Of a DNA stretch of 64,000 nt, positions 1 to 11,577 are shown piece by piece; the stretch's first letter is position 1; the number at the start of each line of letters is the position of its first letter. This DNA comes from Eledone cirrhosa (lineage: Eukaryota). The notes beneath the pieces are model-generated. The model made no database searches. It saw nothing but the letters and a program-made list of their open reading frames with translations, and had not been told where the DNA came from. Where the stretch lies: NCBI GenBank assembly GCA_964016885.1, contig OZ024747.1:34472001-34536000 (forward strand), in the 5' to 3' direction. Position numbers and translations under genes: made by a program.

Positions 1-519
1 AAGTTATTTTCCCCTCGAAAATTAGATACAAAACTAATTCGTTTAGCTTGGATGAAAACCAGTTCTATCTGCACTAATGACTGAATTGAGAGAATTGGAA
101 TCGTAAAAATGGAATCCTCTACTTCACACATGTCACAAGCTTTCTAATTGGACAATAAGACAGCGAAGTTAATTCTACTTCAGGCTAAAATACTAAAATT
201 TATTTTAGATTATATAAGATATATTTATTTTATTGTTTTGTTATATATCTGTTTAGTTATATTTTACATCCATTCTCGATAATGCCTTTTACTTGTTAGC
301 GTTTGTACGTATGATATGTCTGCAATAATTATATTGAATTTATAATATTGGAACACGGCCAAACACAGGCAGGCATGGGGTGCAGTTGATCGAATTGATG
401 TCAGTGCAGTATTAAAAGATTCATCCTACTCCGATGTAATGTGAAACAACATCAATCACGCTAATATTTGCATACTGTATATAAGACGATATAATTACAC
501 ATTTGAACGCTCACATCCC

Positions 520-900
520 AAGATCTACGAAGTGCAAAGTCTTCAAACCTATGGTCGAAACCATCTTACTATATGGTACAGAATGTTGGACTCTCAGTTT
601 CGCTATCTGAAGGAAACTTGGTGGCCCCTACACCAATACATTACATGTGGTTTTCAACATTTCGCGGTAAAGTCGCGCTTTGAACAAAGATATTTATAGT
701 GATCTGCCATGAGTTTCATCGTAAGTTTGATCTTGTCACCTGGCTCTTGCTGGTTATGTTTCTAGCCATCATAACTTCTAGGGAAACTGCTTCCATCACG
801 ACTCTATTAGTTAGGATCACTAGCTTGCCTGGACAGGATCTTCTTGCTGTGATGAGAGATCGGGATGTCCGGAAAAATAACTTTGTGCATACTTCACCTT
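520..900 (+). pseudogene. Decayed 3' fragment of an RTE-clade LINE ORF
   Basis: Translates to KVFKPMVETILLYGTECWTL...MRDRD, similar to the C-terminus of the RTE ORF at 16104-17543 (LLYGSETWTL...MRDRDRW); frameshifted. Confidence 0.7.
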
Positions 901-1435
901 AGATGGAAAGATAACTCAGGCCAAACCAAGCCAAGCATTTTGGGAAGTGATATAAACATCAGAATCCATTGGATTCAAGTTTTGTATGCCGAGCCCATTC
1001 TTAACACTAACTATTGTTCTGTAAAGTAAGAATGTAACATTTTAAAAGTTGCGAGTTATGAACGGCTAACGTAATGTACTGGCCAAAACGTCAGTGCCCT
1101 AATGTTGTTATCATAGGGAGCAGTTACAAAATTGTTTTAACTATAAAAAGGTACATTGTAGGGTATAATTAACAGGTTTATAAAAGTACATTGGTGGAAT
1201 CAAATATCCGCAGATGAGACGACATAGATTAAAAATTATGTGGGATTAATTTCAGCTGATAACATTTTTCTAACACAAACATAGCGGTGTGCCAATGGGG
1301 AATCTCATTTTATTTTGTGATATTAGGAATGGCAACAAATTAAGTGAGGGTATAAAATGAAAAGCTGAAACATACATACAAAAATACACGGACATGTATA
1401 TGCTCTCTCTCTCACACACACACACACACTCACAC

Positions 1436-1512
<77 letters not shown>

Positions 1513-2074
1513 AAGCAGAAATAACAAAGCAAAAAATAGTACAATAGAAAAAATTATTAGTTTAAGGATTGAAATGATAGGAAAAGATTCTCAGTGTTTT
1601 AGACACAGGCCTACATCAGAAGATAGAATGAGAAATACAAGATAAAATGGAATAACAAAGAGAGAGTAGAGAAATACACGTTTGTATTCCGTCACCCATA
1701 TATGATAATATGTTCACGAAATACCAATGCCATGAGGTATATCTTTCAGGCATATTAATCAATGCTAACTGGGATGAATCAAGTCGCAAAGTGTTTCTCT
1801 GGGGAATCTGTGGTGTGATGGCAATAATAAACAGATTCGTAGGTTTATCAACAAGTATTGATATGGCCTAACGATCATCAAATCATCTAATTGTGACATC
1901 AAAATATTGTTATAGACCACAAATTAATATGGTCTCCAAGAAATCTTAATACAGCAAACATTAATCGATCAATAATCGGGTCAGTAAGTTAAAAGATAAA
2001 AACAAATATTGATATCTATCCAAGCCAGCACTAGTTTCACCAAAAGGTATATATATATATATATATGTGTGTGT

Positions 2075-2230
2075 GTAAAAGGTAAACAGAAATAACGACA
2101 CAATCGGTACAGTATATGGAAGGTGCATATTAGGTTAACGCTTGATATAGCAGGAAAGGGGTCTTAACTTTTCGGACGCTAGTCCTTCATCAGAAGAAAG
2201 AATGAGAAATAAAATAGATTAAGGGCACGG
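2075..2230 (-). repeat. Fragment of Neptune-like PLE 3' repeat (pLTR)
   Basis: Reverse complement matches ~51490-51645; a more decayed relative lies at ~1505-1650. Confidence 0.75.
2162..2197 (-). ncRNA. Minimal type I hammerhead ribozyme motif
   Basis: Minus strand: UCUU-CUGAUGA-A-GGAC(UAGC)GUCC-GAAA-AG-UU-AAGA; core, stem II and stem I present; stem III vestigial. Confidence 0.75.
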
Positions 2231-2376
2231 GCGGGGCAATATAGAACATATATATCAACCTGTCATTTTCTTTGATAATTCTATATATATATATGCTATT
2301 TATAGAGAGATTATTGGATTAGTTCATGCATTACATTATTATCACATACATACAAATATACGCATATATGTAAAAA

Positions 2377-2478
<102 letters not shown>

Positions 2479-2560
2479 TTAATGGTAGCTATGGTGCTTC
2501 CATAGGCGGTATGCCAGTTGAGCACTATATGCTCTTACAGAGCAGAGTGTGATATAATAT

Positions 2561-2826
2561 AAAACGAAAAATCAGTGATGCATCTAGACACAGTTTATTG
2601 TGTGTTACAATTGTTTCGCCGGCCGATAGCTCGAGACACGATCATTGTATGGATCTGTCTGATTATAGAACTGCGGGTTCTTCGGACACATGCAATGCTT
2701 TCGGAGCAAATGTTCTCACTAGAATCAGACAGATCCATACAATGATCATGTCTCGAGCTATCTGCCGGCGAAACAATTGTAACACACACTAAACGGAGTC
2801 TAGATGCATCCCTGATTTTTCGTTTT
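2561..2826. repeat. Long inverted repeat (hairpin cassette P1) beside (TA)n
   Basis: aaaacgaaaaatcagtgatgcatctagac... mirrored by ...gtctagatgcatccctgatttttcgtttt; arms ~105 bp, ~45 bp spacer; each arm has only the HHR-like 3' half GAAA-CAATTG-TA. Confidence 0.9.
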
Positions 2827-2828
2827 AG

Positions 2829-2902
<74 letters not shown>

Positions 2903-2940
2903 AAATAATAGAGGTGTAACACACAAGTTATGATATATTG

Positions 2941-3271
2941 GTAAACGGAAAAGAAAATGCTGACAAATTGTTCACAGTGAAAAATAGTTTAATTAGGAAT
3001 AAGTGAGAATTAGTAATAGTATTGGTTAGTATTCAGTTTTGGTTTTAAGTTTTACCGGTTTGAGATAATTTTGAGATAGAGCGTCCGTGATGTTTGAAAC
3101 ATCACGGACGCTCTATCTCAAAATTATTTTTGAAAAGCATTAGAAATGCGCAACCGGTAAAACTTAAAACCAAAACTGAATACTAACCAATACTATTACT
3201 AATTCTCACTTATTCCTAATTAAACTATTTTTCACTGTGAACAATTTGTCAGCATTTTCTTTTCCGTTTAC
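2941..3271. repeat. Near-perfect palindrome (hairpin cassette P2)
   Basis: gtaaacggaaaagaaaatgctgac... mirrored by ...gtcagcattttcttttccgtttac; apex gatgtttgaaacatc at ~3095; the right arm has an extra ~20 bp HHR-like segment. Confidence 0.95.
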
Positions 3272-3337
<66 letters not shown>

Positions 3338-3340
<3 letters not shown>

Positions 3341-3992
3341 TATGTATACGTACATATATGTATACAGACGTACAGTAGTATGTATAATCATACATACATG
3401 CACACGTATATATATATATATATATACGTATGGGTTTACCGAACATTTATTATAATGCTCGGTTTATTTGTAAACAAACAGCCCGAATTAAGCCCTACAG
3501 TGTTCGGCAACCATCGTTGCCATTTTGTTCAACACTGACAAAGGAACGACTAACTAGTTTCTAGCTTATTAGCTGTCAACAGCACCGTATACCTTCCGGT
3601 CAGATGATTGAACGTTTGAAAGTATATACTTTCCTTATGCATATTAACGGCTGAGCAGCCTAATTTGCATATCGAGTAAGTTAGTCGGCCGGGCGTACGG
3701 AAAACGATAAATGGAAACAATTAAATTTCATTTCTCACTCTTAGTACGGCTGATACTTAAATATAAGTATGTATACGTACATATATGTATACAGACGTAT
3801 ATATTTACAAACAAACCGAACATTATAATAAATGTGCGGTAAACACATACGTATATATATATATGTGTGCATGTATGTATGTATATACATACTACTTCAC
3901 GTCTGTATACGTATATGTACTTATACATACATATATTTAAGTATCAGCCATACTAAGAGTGAGAAATGAAATTTAATTTTTTTCCATTTATT
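3338..3992. repeat. Nested inverted repeats (fold-back rearranged element)
   Basis: 3338-3475 is inverted at ~3805-3930, and 3707-3798 is inverted at 3899-3992. Confidence 0.8.
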
Positions 3993-4011
3993 TATATATA
4001 TGATCGAGGTA

Positions 4012-4945
4012 AATAAATGTATTCTCTTTTCTCCTAGTTTATTTTACACCTAATTCTGTTTAATTGACTGTATATCTGGGCGATTACGCTGTCGAAATAT
4101 TCGATAAATATTCCGTCGCAGCCGACGCGAAGGGCTAGTTTCGGTTATTTGTTGGAGATTTCTTCATAGAAGCCTTATTCTTATAGCCTTGTCTATTCGA
4201 TTTTTTATATAGTTAATTATGCTAATTGCGAGAGGAAATGGTATTTATTTTATCTGGTGATTCTATAGACATGTTTTATGATATATAGCTCTGATTATTT
4301 AATTTATTAAATTTTCATTGAGCCACAAAGTGACCCGTTGCAAAACACGTATATGTATGTATGCATATATATATATATATATATGTAAACCTTTATATGT
4401 AATAATCTCCCGTAAGGTTGAGATACAAATTTGGCTGTATTGTGCTGTGCTTTCTAGCAAAAAGCCACCAGCTGTAAGCAACTGACTAAACACTCCTTCC
4501 AACCTGACCGCTGCAACGTCACGATTTTAGCCATTTTTTAACGTATTCTTGGCGCGATTACTTTGGAAAATTTATTGTCTAGATTTGAGCAAACTCTTGA
4601 AGAGTCCGGTGCTCGAGTTTCCGATGTTATTGGAAATCTCAAAATGCGGACGAAACCATGGTTGATGTAAATAAATGTATTCTCTTTTCTTCTAGTTTAT
4701 TTTACACCTAATTCTGTTTAATTGACTGTATATCTGGGTGATTACGCTGTCGTAATATTCGATAAATATTCCGTCCCAGCCGACGCGAAGGGCTAGTTTC
4801 GGTTATTTGTTGGAAATTTCTTCATAGAAGCCTTATTCTTATAGCATGCTCTATTCGATTTTTTATATGGTTAATTATTCTAATTGGTAGAGGAAATGGT
4901 ATATATTTTATCTGGTGACTCTATAGACATGTTTTATGATATATA
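4012..4945 (+). mobile_element. ORF-less HHR-bearing repeat in partial tandem (4012-4285 duplicated at 4669-4942)
   Basis: ~275 bp direct repeat; unit 4400-4945 is homologous to 63003-63520 (minus); HHR-like motif at 4594-4666. Confidence 0.75.
4594..4666 (+). ncRNA. Type I hammerhead-like motif (C3 to U)
   Basis: UUGAAGA-GUCCG...CGGAC-GAAA-CCAUGG-UU; the homologue at 63282-63360 has intact CUGAAGA. Confidence 0.6.
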
Positions 4946-4959
4946 TATATATATATATT

Positions 4960-5390
4960 TAATATAGAAAGGGCTTCTACAGGACTAGAACTGATTCATT
5001 CGGTAGAAATCAACAGGAGGCCGACTGTCCAAGTCAGTGGTATTTATACCTTTTCTGGTGGTAGGAGAGGCTAGTAATTGGGATGGGTGGAGGTCATTGG
5101 TTGATGGATTTAAAGAAAAGTGAATTCTTTAAAAACTATATTTAGAGTGACAAAGGCAGAAATAATTCAACCTAAGTGCCTGTAGACAGATTCATACTGG
5201 AGGTGTGTGTGTGTGTATGTGTGTGTGGGTTGGGTGGGGGGGGGCTACAGATTTTAAGGGTCGTTTATCCAAACAATAGCTATGTATAAGAGTGTGCGTA
5301 TGTGTGTGTGCGTGTCTGATTGTAGATACCTGACCATTTTGGCAGACCTACCAATGAATAGCTATTTTTTGTCTAAACGACCCTTAAAAT
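4960..5390 (-). repeat. Putative PLE-type 3' repeat family (also 29270-29560 and arms of 61762-62235)
   Basis: Shared ggtatttatac...ggtaggagagg...gggtggaggtcattggttgat; degenerate HHR at ~4983-5016. Confidence 0.7.
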
Positions 5391-5851
5391 TCATTGACAT
5401 GTAGAGCGAAATGTTCTTTTTTATTTGAATTTGACAAAGCCGGCCATTTATCGTTCGTATACAGGAAACTGACTGACCAGTCTGCCGATATGCAAATCTG
5501 GCTAATAAGTGGATCTGCTAATATGCAGATCTGACACATCAGCCAGTCTGCTAATATGCAAATCAGGCCGATCAGTCACTGTATTTTTGAAAATAGCATA
5601 TATTTTCACTAGCTGTGACAGTTTGGCAGGTGAACAGTGAGATGTACTGATGAAGGGTGATACCAAGAAACATTAGTGTCTGCAGTTCTGTTCGCATGCC
5701 AACACAAGAGCAAGAGTGAAGTGTTCATTCTACTGACATGGCTTTAAAATTGAGGCTTGTTTGCATAATTGCTAACGAATCGAATGTTATTATTAATATT
5801 CGAAAAACTCAGATTACATTTATTGTATTCAGCCATGTAGAGCGACATTTT

Positions 5852-5891
<40 letters not shown>

Positions 5892-5954
5892 TATGCACAT
5901 ACACAAATATACATATATATACTCATACAGATACACACACACACACATATATGT

Positions 5955-6011
<57 letters not shown>

Positions 6012-6204
6012 TGTATATATACATATACACATACATACACACATACATATGCATAAATACACACACATGTATATGTGTGTTTGTGTATGTATATGTGTGT
6101 ATATATATGTATATGTGTATATATGTATGTATGGGTCTGTAAGTATGTATGTGTGTGTATATACACACATACATAGATATATGTGTGTGTGTGTGTGTGT
6201 GTGT

Positions 6205-9200
6205 GACGTCGCTCTCCAGTGCTACTGGTAACATCTAACCCAGTCCAACCTCGCTCATGGTCGGATCGTCGGCGACTAAACCGGCAACCCCCATCAAGCT
6301 TGCTTGGTGAGGAGGGTGATATCTGGACAACCTGGGGGATGAAATACAATACCCTCACAGCACAGGCATTGCTTGTTCAGCATCTATTACAGGTTCGTGT
6401 TGCTGGCCGTAGCTTAAAAGTGCAACACACTCTAAACTCTGGAACATATTGTGAAGGTTCTGGCCCGGGAAGTGTCCCATGGCTACGCAGCGTGGGCCCG
6501 GTCGTCATCCTGCAACTGCAAGGATTTTCAAACCTATGAATATTGGTTGCTGGAATGTAAGAAATTTACTTGATTCCCAATCCAGTGAAACTCACTGAAA
6601 GAGGTGCACTGTTGTCGAGGGGACTCAATCGCTATAACATGGATATCGTTACTCTTTGAGAAAGGAGATTAGCAAGTGAGGGTGAATTCTCAGAACAGAA
6701 AAGAGGTTATACCTTCTATTGGAGTGGTGGTGCAGAGGGTTGTAGGATAGAGGCAGGGGTCGCATTTGCTGTCAGGAATGGAATCGTATCAAAGCTGGAA
6801 AACATCCTTGTGGATTCAATGATCGGATTATTTCCATGAGAATCCCTCTGACTCAAAACCGCTTTGTGACTATGGTCAGTGTGTACGCCCCTACGATGTG
6901 TTCTAGTGATGTTGAAAACCTAGCATTCTACATGTCTCTGAAAGGGGTCATCCATAGTATACATTATGCAGACAAGATTGTCATCCTTGATGATTTTAAT
7001 GCACGTGTTGGTAATGACTGGGAAGCCTGGAGTGTGATAGGCAAGCATGGAGTTGGTGAGTGAAATAACAATGGCCTACTTCTGTTGCAGATGTGCGCTG
7101 AGTTGGGTCTTGTTGGGAACACGCTTTTTCAGCAGAAAGACAAGTATAAGACAACTTGGATGCATCCAGGTTCCAAGAAGTGGCACCTTATTGACTTTGA
7201 TTTAACGAGGAAAAGCGATATCAGGGATATAACATTTGTTTATGTAAGGCGAGGCGCAGAATGTTGGACTGACGACCTTCTGGTGCACGCCAAGTTTCAA
7301 TTTGTTGTGAGGCCCAAAGTAAGGTGGAAGAAGGTTACACTTAAAAGACAACTAAGCGTGGCTCGTCTGAAAACATATGTCAGAGCTGAGCTGTCGAAGT
7401 CCCTTGAGTCCATGGAATGTGAAAAGACGTGGTTATCATTGAAGAAAATCATCTATGATGTTAGCGCTGGAGTGTTAGGTATACCAATAAAAAGCATAAG
7501 GACTGGTTCGATGAAAATGATACAGTGATCCAGACCATGCTTGAAGAGAAACAAAATGTGCTGACATCATTGTTGTGTGTGACACGTTCTAACAGGAGTG
7601 ACAGGTCATTCACGCAGATCAAGGCACATGTGCAACATCAATTGAGAGCCATGCATTATACCTGGTTGAGAAAAAAGGCTGATGAAATCCAGAAAGCTCA
7701 GATAGTCATGATACAAAACACTTATACAATCTGCTCAGGGAGGTGTATGGACCAACCGGTCCACAAATATCACCACTTCATTGCGAAGACGGCAAGGAAT
7801 TGCTCAGAGATCCGAAAGACGTCCTAATCAGGGGGCATGACCACTTTGCTGAGCTCCTCAACAGACCATCAGAAATCGGTGATGAGTTCATCCGGTCGAT
7901 TCCATCCAGACCTACAAAGCTGGCAATGAGTGATTCTCCTTCATTTGATGAGGTGGCGAAGGCCATTGCCAAATTAAACAGCGGCAAGTTACCTGGAACG
8001 GATGGACTGTGTGTCGAGATCTTCAAGTGTACTAGTGATAACTTCTTAAACCGCCTCACTGATCACTTTGTGAATGTTTGGAATGAAGAAGATGTACTGG
8101 AAAACTGCATTGATGGTGGTACTTTATAAAGGAAAGGGAGCCAAAGATGACTGTGGCAACTACAGAAGGATTTCTCTTCTATCTGTGGCTGGGAAGATCT
8201 TGTGCAGGATTTTGTTGGTCAGATTGATACAGCACATTGCTGTCGAGGTAATTCCTGAGTCCCAATGTGGCTTTAGAAATGACAGAAGCACTGTTGACAT
8301 GGTATTCTCGGCCAAACAACCTCAAGAGAAATGCATTGAGCAGCGCATGAAATTAAACTAGATTTTTGGCGCTCTGACCAAATCATTTGACACCGTAAAT
8401 CTGAAGTCTTTGTGGATTATTTTGGAGATATTAGGCTGTCCTGAAAACTTTGTGAACATACTGAAACTCTTCCACCATGACTTGCAGGTTTGGGTAAATA
8501 TTGGAGGTAAACTGTGTGACCCAAACTCGATTGAAAATGGTGTCAAGCAAGGTAATATACCTGCACCAACTTTGTCTGCCTTGTATTTTGCAATGGTGTT
8601 CTTCATGGCATTCAAGTATTGTCAACATGGTATCTATCTCAGATATCACAATACCGGCAAGCTGTTCAACCTCAGGCGCCTGAGTACCTTGATCAGAGAA
8701 TTTCTGTATACCGATGATTGTGATCTTGCACACTCCGAGAATGACATGCAACGCCTCATTGATTCTGTTTCCAATGCGTACAGTACTTTGGGACTGACAA
8801 TCAGTCTGAAGAAATATGTCGTAATGTACCAACCTGCTCCGGATACGGTTTTAAATGAGCCTTTCATATACGAATACGGTCAAAAGTTCAAGGTTGCTCA
8901 CAGATTTGTATATTTGGGTAGTACTCTGAGTGTGACCTGCTCTCTGGATGAAGAAGTTGGTCCACGTGTTAGTAAGGCAAGTGAGTCATTTGGAAGGCTC
9001 GGTGACCGTATTTGGTACATACGAGGAATCATAATGAGGACAAAGGTGAAAGTGTATGCTGTATGCGTACTGTCAGCTTTGCTGTATGCGTGTGAGACAT
9101 CGGGTTCGCTACAAAAGGCATATCCAAAGACTGGAAGTATTTCACCAGCAGTGTCTCAGAATATGCTCGGGATCAAGTGGCAAATACATGTGTGTGATGT

Positions 9201-9822
9201 TGAGTGAGTGTCGGAGCATTGAGAATATCATACACCAACAGCGTTTACGATGGACCGGAGACCTCTGCAGAATAGAGGATGATCCAATCCCAAAACAAAT
9301 TTTGCATGGAGGCTCTGTAAGGGTAAGAGACTACCTCATAAGCGAAGGCTCCGATTCAAGGATGTGTAAAGGTCTCATTGAAAAAAGACTGGTTTGATGA
9401 TGGTTGACTGAGAAAGTTGGCGTGGATGGAGAATGATGGGGGTCTATAATTTTGAGGACAGACGCAGAGAGCAAGAGAAGATCGAACGGGATGTGCGTAA
9501 GCCCTGGGGTATCTCTCGAAACGATCGGTGTCTCCATTGAATTGAATTGCTCTGAGTGTGGAAAAATTGGCTTGAGCTAATCTTCTCTGAGGAGTCACAG
9601 TCGCAGCCATGTCCAAAGAGAACCAGTGAACCATGACCTCCACGGTTTTGTTAGGGTTCACGGGTAACCCGATGCAATACCCCAGGGCAGAGAGATCCAT
9701 AGCTGCCGTCAGTGTGCGAAGGAGTGCAAGTCTCTAGCAGGCTTGAAATTCCATATCCGAACGTCACACATCTGAATTTGACAAGCGATTGCAATACTCT
9801 TAGCAGAGTTTGCAGCCATCAT
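6205..9822 (+). mobile_element. RTE/BovB-like LINE, near full length, degenerate (APE + RT)
   Basis: APE motifs MNIGCWNVRNL (6536), VSVYAPT, DFNARVG, TWMHPGSKKWHLID; RT motifs NYRRISLLSVAGK, ESQCGFR, GVKQG..PAPTL, GKLFNLRRL, LYTDD, FVYLGS; many stops and frameshifts. Confidence 0.93.
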
Positions 9823-9889
9823 GTAAATATATATGCATGTGTGTATGTGTATATATGTGCATATATATGTATATATATCTTGATATCTC

Positions 9890-10735
9890 ATTGAAGAATG
9901 TCTCGATCCCCTCAAGGAAACAATAGTTAAAACACTCCTCAGACGTATAGAAGAGTTCATTAATGAGAGTGCCATCTTTTCGACCATGCTGATGTAGAAT
10001 CTACCAAAGATGAGAGGTTTGGTTTCAAAACGGATATGGCACCACCCACCAACAGCCTACTTGAACCATTTGAGGAAGACCTCTTCAAATTGATCAGAGA
10101 CATACAATTTCGTAGAGACAACACACTATTCTAGGCCTATTTAAAAGACGAAATGCGGAAAATGAAACGTTCCCCCCAATCCCCATGTCCCCTCCGATAA
10201 AACCAAAAACGTATAGAAGACCTATAAAAAGCTCGCAAAAATGTAATCTCGAACACATACTAATAGGTGAATGAGATCGCTTTGACTGAGACCATTGTGG
10301 TAGGTATAGATATAGCAAAATCATTTAAACCTCATGACCGAAGGTAGCCTTAAGAGTAAAGAGCCCACACTTTACCCTGGAGGACCACAAAGGACATTTC
10401 CTTAACAAACCGTCAGTCAGACTGATCAACCCCACGTGTTCTGAGATCGGTTCTATCAAGAAAAAGATACTTGACAGTGTACTACTATTGCTGTGCGTGA
10501 CCTCACCTATCCCACTCTGGAGCAGAACTTCCGAGGCAATCTCTTGGCTCCAAGAATTTCCCGATAAATCTAACAGCCGCTTTCTGCAACTGGACATAGA
10601 AGACTACAACGCTTCTATCACAGTCCCTCTACTGAAGGATACACTCGCTTTTTCCATGCATTTTACCACCATAAATGACGCTGAGCAGGATGTGATCCTC
10701 CATGCCCGTATAACATTTTTACACTACGAGGTATT
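9890..10735 (+). mobile_element. Naiad-like PLE fragment (N-terminal RT region)
   Basis: TLEDHK.HF.NKPSVRLINPT.SEIG, LWSRTSEAISW, FLQLDIEDYNASI. Confidence 0.75.
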
Positions 10736-11560
10736 TTACAGATTAACAAAAGGTCTGAGTACTTGCAGAAACATGACAGCAACATACATAGGCGAGACAG
10801 CTCGTAGCAGAGGTGAAAGGATAGACCAACACTGGGGGGAACTAAAAGGACGAACAAATGGTTCAGTACTATACGAACATGCCAGACAGCAACACGACGG
10901 TAACATAGACAACATAGAAGTTAGAATAATATCTAAACATAGAAATGGCCCAGCAGATAGGCAAATCAGAGAAGCCAGCGAAATAGAACTTAGAAGGCCA
11001 AGGCTAAACAGAAAAAAATGAACGGAATAACAACCCCCAAACAAACTATACTGACCTAAGAAAAGTATAAATAAATAAAGAAATACATACACAAGCACAA
11101 TAACAACAAACACATATAAACACATACTAGTAAACTAAGTTAGAATACAATAACCAATACACAGTCACCAAAACACGAACACACATCAAACACTATACAC
11201 ACACGCAAACGCATGCGCAAAGAAGACAACAACTAATACATACATAAATAAATAAACAGACTAAATAAAGATGGCGTAGGCATACAATACAACGGGAGGA
11301 AACATAATAGCACAACTGACGATATTGCAGATGTGCAACGAAATAACTTTGTTAGACTATATATATGTGTTTGTGTCTATATTGTATCTATATTTTTGAC
11401 CGTTGGTCAGTCAATGGTAACATTGAGGACCGAATAAATTAAATTGACCGATATAAAAGACACAAGAGCGAAAACCAACCAAACAGTGAGTGTGTTCTGT
11501 TATTAATTCTGGCAATATTATTACACAAATATGACCCTCCCCATGTATAACAATATATAT
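10736..11560 (+). mobile_element. PLE family A 3' end: GIY-YIG endonuclease remnant + 3' repeat
   Basis: YIGETARSRGERIDQHW...SVLYEH...RQIREA...P.LN; HHR-like CUGACGA..UUGCA/UGCAAC-GAAA at 11316-11343; terminates atgaccctccccatgtataacaa(TA)n. Confidence 0.85.
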
Positions 11561-11577
11561 ATATATTTGACATAGAT

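Noticed and set aside
5645-5680. CTGATGA...GAAA hammerhead-like spacing
   Set aside because: Stem II weak and no stem I pairing; similar weak cases at ~1055-1095, ~13726-13765 and ~19346-19433 were not called.
10488-11021. 177 aa ORF appearing to fuse RT directly to GIY-YIG
   Set aside because: Chance in-frame junction of two different PLE fragments at ~10735; most of the RT is missing.
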